Below, piece after piece: positions 44,155-48,369 of a stretch of DNA of 48,369 bases (positions are counted from its first letter, which is position 1; each line of letters opens with the position of its first letter). The stretch covers positions 1 through 48,369 of the forward strand of contig JBMOIA010000001.1 in assembly GCA_049317565.1 (NCBI GenBank), in the 5' to 3' direction. Both the position numbers and the translations under genes were made by a program. This stretch comes from Terrimicrobiaceae bacterium (GTDB lineage: Bacteria; Verrucomicrobiota; Verrucomicrobiia; Chthoniobacterales; Terrimicrobiaceae). The notes beneath the pieces were generated by a model. The model saw only the letters and a program-made list of their open reading frames with translations. It did no database searches and was not told the origin of the DNA.

Positions 44155-45687
44155 TTAGAAGTTCAAATTCAAACTGGTGGTGAACCAGGTGGCCATGCCG
44201 TCGTTGTTGCCATAGCCGGTGGAGAGATTGAGCGAATTTTGCCAGGAGAGCCACTCACGGATGCTCCAGTAGAGGGAGGCGTTTGCGAGCCAGTATTGCG
44301 AGGGACCTTCGACAGGCGCTGGCAGATTGTTGGCTGAGCTCATGCCGATGTATTCCGATTGCTCCCAGCCGCCCGAGAGGGAGAGGTCAACGCCTTTGAA
44401 CAGGCGCTGCGAGACGGTGCCCATGATGCCGCGGACGAGGTTCCATTCGTCCGGCGAGAGCTGTGAGAAGCCTTGGTTTTGGTAGAACGAGACAGAAAGG
44501 CGGGTTTTCTCGCGGGCATTCCATCCGGCGACGAGGCTGAAATTCGGACGGATGTCCACTCCTTGGAAGCTGGCGCTGGCCTTGAAGTAGGTTTTCTCGG
44601 TGGGGGTGTAGTTGATGGCGCCTTGCCAGACGGGGCGCCACCCGGTGAATTCCGCATCGGGGATGTTTTGGTCCTCGACATAGCCCGCGCCGGCGCCGGC
44701 ATCGACAGAGAATTTCGGGGCGATCTGGTAGGTGAGGACGACCTTCGCATCGATGAATCCTCGACCTTCGTTGGTTCCGTATTCGGTGAGGAAGTTTTGA
44801 ACATCTTCGCCGGCGCTCAGGACGAAGCGTGCGTTGGTTTTCGGAGTGACGAGCCAATCGGCATAAACGCTGGCCGAGTAGGAGGCGCTGTTGGTGTTCG
44901 GTTGGGCTGCTTCGCCGGGGGCCACCTGGGCGTCCGCGTTGTTCGAGAAGGAGGCTGCCGCGGCGGCTCCAACACTGACTTCGTCGGTGATGATGTAACG
45001 GCTGGTGATGCCGGCCGCGACGGCGGTTTGCCAATTATTCGCGCCGGCGATTACATCGTAGCCGGGGCCCCAGGAAGCCGACGAGGACAAGTTCACCGAG
45101 AGGCGGCCGGTATCGTAGCCGATGTCCAAGCCCGCCGTCATGAAGAGCGGGTTGCGCTGGCTGCCGGTGCCCGCGGCCGTGTAGTCCTGATTGAAGTAGT
45201 AGGTGTAGCCGGCGGAGTAGCGGGCGTTCACGCTCCAGACGCCGATTTGGCGCTCATAGCTCACACCGAAGGACGGGGCGGCGAAGAAGCTGTTGTTGTC
45301 GGCCGCGTTGGTGTTTGTGCCGACGGAATTTTGGTTCGAGTATTGCCAGCCGGTTGAAAGCCCCAGCGAGAAGTCCAGCGGGCCGAAGCGGAGCCCGTTG
45401 TCGATGTTGCGGGCGAGGCGGTCCATGTTCTCGACGAGATTCCAAGAGTCCTCGGCCGCGAGTTGGCTGGATTCCTCGCCGAGACCGCCACCGGGTTCGA
45501 AATATTGGGGAGTGAGTTCGCGATCGACCATTTGACCGGCCCAGCGGTTGCGGAATTCCGCTTCGCGCACGGTGAGCACGGTTTGCGCCGTGGCTTCGCT
45601 GTGGATGGTCAGGAGAGCCAATGCCGCAATGGCTCCGGCTGAAGGGACTTTAAAAAATTTCGGGCTGTGTTTATTCCAGGAGGACAT
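44155..45687 (-). CDS. outer-membrane beta-barrel protein associated with the EPS export module
   Basis: I chose the internal ATG at 45687 (MSSWNKHSPKFFKVPSAGAIAALALLTIHSEATA/Q), giving 510 aa. Alternating aromatic/Gly/Ser/Asn strands run throughout, and the protein ends ...TTSLNLNF. Confidence 0.7.
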   Translation of the reverse strand: MSSWNKHSPKFFKVPSAGAIAALALLTIHSEATAQTVLTVREAEFRNRWAGQMVDRELTPQYFEPGGGLGEESSQLAAEDSWNLVENMDRLARNIDNGLRFGPLDFSLGLSTGWQYSNQNSVGTNTNAADNNSFFAAPSFGVSYERQIGVWSVNARYSAGYTYYFNQDYTAAGTGSQRNPLFMTAGLDIGYDTGRLSVNLSSSASWGPGYDVIAGANNWQTAVAAGITSRYIITDEVSVGAAAAASFSNNADAQVAPGEAAQPNTNSASYSASVYADWLVTPKTNARFVLSAGEDVQNFLTEYGTNEGRGFIDAKVVLTYQIAPKFSVDAGAGAGYVEDQNIPDAEFTGWRPVWQGAINYTPTEKTYFKASASFQGVDIRPNFSLVAGWNAREKTRLSVSFYQNQGFSQLSPDEWNLVRGIMGTVSQRLFKGVDLSLSGGWEQSEYIGMSSANNLPAPVEGPSQYWLANASLYWSIREWLSWQNSLNLSTGYGNNDGMATWFTTSLNLNF

Positions 45688-45762
45688 GGGTGGGTGGTGG
45701 TTTGTCCTGATGTTGCGGCGGGTTTTCTGCACAGGAGTTCGAGGGTTGTCAACAACGGGTGT

Positions 45763-45784
45763 CAAAATTTTCGCAAAAATTTTG
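45763..45784. promoter_or_regulatory. AT-only perfect palindrome upstream of the export operon
   Basis: CAAAATTTT-cgca-AAAATTTTG. On the minus strand, two TTGACA hexamers lie immediately downstream at 45765-45760 and 45752-45747. The palindrome lies 76-97 nt upstream of the ATG at 45687 and 40 nt downstream of the tRNA 3-prime end. Confidence 0.4.
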
Positions 45785-45823
45785 CATTCTGAGGGATTAA
45801 ACTTTTGTGTAACCGGTTCGGCT

Positions 45824-45895
45824 TGGGCAGTGAGGGGATCGAACCCCCGACCAATAGTGTGTAAAACTACCGCTCTACCGCTGAGCTAACTGCCC
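45824..45895 (-). tRNA. tRNA-Val (anticodon UAC)
   Basis: I hand-folded the reverse complement GGGCAGT-TA-GCTC-AGCGGTA-GAGC-G-GTAGT-TTTACAC-ACTAT-TGGTC-GGGGG-TTCGATC-CCCTC-ACTGCCC-A. It is 72 nt with a 7-bp acceptor stem, a GG in the D-loop and a TTCGATC T-loop. CCA is not encoded. Confidence 0.9.
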
Positions 45896-45970
45896 GGCGC
45901 CAAATCCATGGCGAGAGGGGATTGTGCCTGTGTGGTGCGCGGGCATCAATTCCATTTTGTTTTTGTGGGA

Positions 45971-46007
45971 AAGAAAAAACGGCGCCGAATTTCTTTGGCG
46001 CCGTTTT
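45971..46007 (-). terminator. rho-independent terminator of the lysine-rich protein gene
   Basis: On the minus strand the sequence reads AAAACGGCGCC-aaagaaattc-GGCGCCGTTTTTTCTT. It lies 37 nt after the stop at 46044. Confidence 0.8.
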
Positions 46008-46043
46008 CCGGTTGGGCGGTTGAATCGTGCGCCCGTGAATGCT

Positions 46044-46466
46044 TCAGGATTGTGCGGCGCCAGATTTTTTAGCGCGCCAGTGTCCGCTCTCGAGGCGTTC
46101 GAAGATGTTGAGTTTTTTGCCGGTGCCGCTGAAGAAGACTTGGACATGGTTGACCGGCTTGTCGATTTTGGCGGCGATGTCCTTGGCGGTGATTCCGGCG
46201 TCGCCGGCTGCGGCGATGATTTTTGTGATCTGGGTTTTCAGGAACCCGCGCGGGGCGCGCTTGGCGGACTTGCCAGCTTTCTTTTTTGCGGCGCCGCGGC
46301 GCTTGCGTCCGGCGCGGACCGCATTTTTGGCGAGGTTTTCCTTGCCCGAGCTGAGGAGTTCGATTTGTTTTTCGACTTCCTTGATCTTCGCATGCAGGCG
46401 TTCTTTTTTCTTTGTCAACGACGCAAGATAACTGAATGTCTTGCTGCTGAGGTCTGTTATTTTCAT
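46044..46466 (-). CDS. small lysine/arginine-rich protein with coiled-coil N-terminus and winged-helix-like C-terminus (possible nucleoid-associated protein)
   Basis: Internal ATG at 46466, giving 140 aa. The N-terminus is MKITDLSSKTFSYLASLTKKKERLHAKIKEVEKQIELL. The basic stretch is RAGRKRRGAAKKKAGKSAKRAPRG. The C-terminal part is ITKIIAAAGDAGITAKDIAAKIDKPVNHVQVFFSGTGKK. A strong terminator follows. Confidence 0.6.
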   Translation of the reverse strand: MKITDLSSKTFSYLASLTKKKERLHAKIKEVEKQIELLSSGKENLAKNAVRAGRKRRGAAKKKAGKSAKRAPRGFLKTQITKIIAAAGDAGITAKDIAAKIDKPVNHVQVFFSGTGKKLNIFERLESGHWRAKKSGAAQS

Positions 46467-46532
46467 GGGGCGCGGAGTTCGCCATATTTCCATGTCGCAA
46501 GGCAAGTTTTTTTATTAGATAATTTTTAGATT

Positions 46533-47192
46533 GTGTCGCGAGGAATTGTTAAAATGCCCATTGGAAAGGGGGAAATCGATGTGTGGCGGATCGGCGGAGA
46601 GCCGAATCCGGGGCATTTGTCCGAAGCGGAAAAATGCCGTGCTGATACCATTGTATGTGCAAAAACACGAAAAAACTTTGTGTTATCGAGAGTAGGTATC
46701 CGTTTTATTGCAGGGAAATATCTCGGAGAAAAAATTCCGGTTTGCGATTTTGTGTTGTCGGGGGACGGCAAGCCGCATTTGGAGGGGGTTGGGGATTTGC
46801 ATTTCAACCTAAGCCATTCAGGCGATGAGGTGGCTGTGGCGTTTTCGCGGTCGCCGGTGGGCTTTGATATCGAAACAAAAGTCCGGAGGGTCAATTGCGG
46901 AGGGCTTGCGCGGCGGTTTTTCACGGAGAGCGAGGCGCGGCGCGTGGAGGGGGCTGGCGGGGAAATGCGCGAAGTTTTTTTCGGAATTTGGACAGCAAAG
47001 GAAGCGGTTCTTAAGTTGGAGGGAAGGGGAATTGCGGGGGGATTGCAGCGCGCGGTGGTGGAGTCGGACCGTCGCGCCGTGCTGGATGGGCGCGAGGTTT
47101 TTCTCGGGCGCGTGGAGTGGGACGGCGTGAGCGGCGCGGTGGCTTCGTTCGATGAAATTTCCCGGCTACGGGTTCGAACCGAGATTTTGTAA
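46533..47192 (+). CDS. 4-prime-phosphopantetheinyl transferase (Sfp type)
   Basis: 219 aa. Motifs are GKPHL, HFNLSHSGDEVAVAF, VGFDIE and FFGIWTAKEAVLKLEG. Start is GTG 46533 or ATG 46554. Confidence 0.85.
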   Translation: MSRGIVKMPIGKGEIDVWRIGGEPNPGHLSEAEKCRADTIVCAKTRKNFVLSRVGIRFIAGKYLGEKIPVCDFVLSGDGKPHLEGVGDLHFNLSHSGDEVAVAFSRSPVGFDIETKVRRVNCGGLARRFFTESEARRVEGAGGEMREVFFGIWTAKEAVLKLEGRGIAGGLQRAVVESDRRAVLDGREVFLGRVEWDGVSGAVASFDEISRLRVRTEIL

Positions 47193-48369
47193 GTCGGCTT
47201 CCTTGCCGCTGCGGACGATCTCCAGATTTTTCCGGGCGTCCTCGAGGTTCGGATCGATCGCCAGGGCGCGGTGGAAGGCGTCGATGGCTTCGCGGGTGCT
47301 CCCGGTGCGGTAGAGGGTGACGCCGAGGTTGCACTGGAATGTGGCGTTGGCGGGGAATTTCTCGACGAGGCTGGCGTAGAGGTCGCGGGCTTCTGCGAAA
47401 TTTCCATCCAGCACGAGCGCGTTGGCGAGGTTGGATTGGATCGCGATGATGTCGGGCGAGAGGCGCATGGCTTCGCGGAAGTGGCGGATCGCGCCTTTCG
47501 TGTCTTTTTTGGCGAGAACGGCGGAGCCGAGGTTGTTCTGGGTTTCCGCGAGGTCGGGTCGCAGGCGGACGGCTTCGCGGAAGTGCGCGAGCGCGGGATC
47601 GACCTCGCCGCGGTTGAATTTGCGGGCGCCGAGTCGGTTGTGCGCCTGCCAACAGTCGAAGTTGTGCTCGAGCGTGTGGGTCCACATGGACTCTTCGTTT
47701 TGCCAAATCGCGGCGTAGTTGTAGGACAAGGTGGCGAGCGCGAAGCAAATGGCAGCGGCGGCTCCGAGGAGGAGAGGTTTGACGGCGGCTGCGGCGAGTT
47801 CGAATGCGCGGGTTCCCGCGGCGGCGACGAAAGCGAGCGGGCCGATCATGGGAATATAGATAAAATGGTCGGCGACCCAGCCCACGCGCATGTAGGACAT
47901 GGGAACGAATCCGAGGACCGGCAGCAGCATGAGGAAGTAAAACCCGAACGCCATGAGCGCATTCGCGCCCCAGGTTTTTCGTTTCATCCAGAAAATCCCC
48001 GCCGCGGCGGCGATGACGGGCCAGGCGAGGAATTGTGCGGGCTGCGGCGGGTTGGCATCCCACTGCGGGTAGATTGGCAGCAGCAGCGCGGGCCAAAAAA
48101 TCTTCGAGAGGTAGAACAGGACGGCCATGCCGGCGATGGCGAGGCGGGAGTCAAAGCCGCCGATGGGGATCGGTTCGTCGCCGATGGCGCGGGAGTGCTG
48201 GAAATTCAGTGTCACGAGTCCGAGGACGAGCGAGACGAGGAAAAACGGTGCGGCCAGTGCGATGTCCTGCCAACCGATGCGCCCGCGCCGCCACCAGGCG
48301 TGCAGAAGCATGGCGACCGGGAACATCACGGGGGAACTTTTTCCGAGCATCGCGAGGATGAAAAAAACG
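47166..48369 (-). CDS. polytopic membrane protein with C-terminal TPR repeats (PMT/TMTC/GT-C-like); N-terminus beyond the right window edge
   Basis: The frame stays open through position 48369 (..FFILAMLGKSS..). About 8 TM helices are followed by 4-5 TPR units (AHNRLGARKFNRGEVDPALAHFREAVRLRPD, NNLGSAVLAKKD.., SNLANALVLDGNFAEARDLY, CNLGVTLYRTGSTREAIDAFHRALAIDPN). Confidence 0.75.
   Translation of the reverse strand, partial: VFFILAMLGKSSPVMFPVAMLLHAWWRRGRIGWQDIALAAPFFLVSLVLGLVTLNFQHSRAIGDEPIPIGGFDSRLAIAGMAVLFYLSKIFWPALLLPIYPQWDANPPQPAQFLAWPVIAAAAGIFWMKRKTWGANALMAFGFYFLMLLPVLGFVPMSYMRVGWVADHFIYIPMIGPLAFVAAAGTRAFELAAAAVKPLLLGAAAAICFALATLSYNYAAIWQNEESMWTHTLEHNFDCWQAHNRLGARKFNRGEVDPALAHFREAVRLRPDLAETQNNLGSAVLAKKDTKGAIRHFREAMRLSPDIIAIQSNLANALVLDGNFAEARDLYASLVEKFPANATFQCNLGVTLYRTGSTREAIDAFHRALAIDPNLEDARKNLEIVRSGKEADLQNLGSNP

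Noticed and set aside
45824-46533. tRNA-Val as a possible integration site for a genomic island or prophage
   Set aside because: There is no integrase, excisionase or transposase gene. I did not spot a direct repeat of the tRNA 3-prime end. The flanking genes are ordinary chromosomal functions. The slightly AT-richer patch holds only one small gene and a PPTase.

Overview
This is a 48.4-kb, high-GC, densely coding bacterial chromosomal segment with about 40 CDS and one tRNA-Val. I saw no rRNA, CRISPR array, transposase, integrase or phage genes. The high GC content fills the ORF track with long antisense or shadow ORFs, so I called genes from recognisable protein motifs, non-degenerate amino-acid composition and start/stop coupling.

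Content from left to right:
(i) A minus-strand signalling operon: PAS/HisKA_3 kinase, then a NarL-type regulator, then a CheB/CheR/PAS fusion protein. The fusion gene runs off the left edge and is absent from the ORF track.
(ii) An AT-rich promoter island, a hypothetical protein, and a small ORF coupled to cfa.
(iii) The most interesting block, 7223-16125. Five translationally coupled genes encode a BcsB-like protein, a DUF2334-like protein, a TPR plus beta-barrel outer-membrane protein, an NfrB-like GT2 synthase with MshEN-like C-terminal modules, and a WecB epimerase. This looks like a synthase-dependent, probably c-di-GMP-gated exopolysaccharide machine combining Nfr-type and Bcs/Yda-type parts.
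(iv) A trio of erythromycin-esterase-family protein, phosphoribosyltransferase and dienelactone hydrolase.
(v) Small divergent ORFs, an orphan NarL regulator, and a second DUF2334 protein followed by glmS.
(vi) A DD-carboxypeptidase, a membrane-anchored clan GH-A-like hydrolase with a PT/PS linker and a CBM, and Hsp20.
(vii) A protein carrying the three catalytic motifs of archaeo-eukaryotic primases (AEP/PrimPol), coupled by an ATGA overlap to a xylose-isomerase/Endo IV-fold TIM barrel.
(viii) An AddB/AddA-type helicase-nuclease, a TPR protein, cysK, ppc and an HdeD-like protein.
(ix) An outer-membrane barrel / Wza-like / Wzc export module, tRNA-Val, a lysine-rich small protein, an Sfp-type PPTase, and a TPR membrane protein running off the right edge.

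All homology statements come from my own motif recognition, not from database searches.
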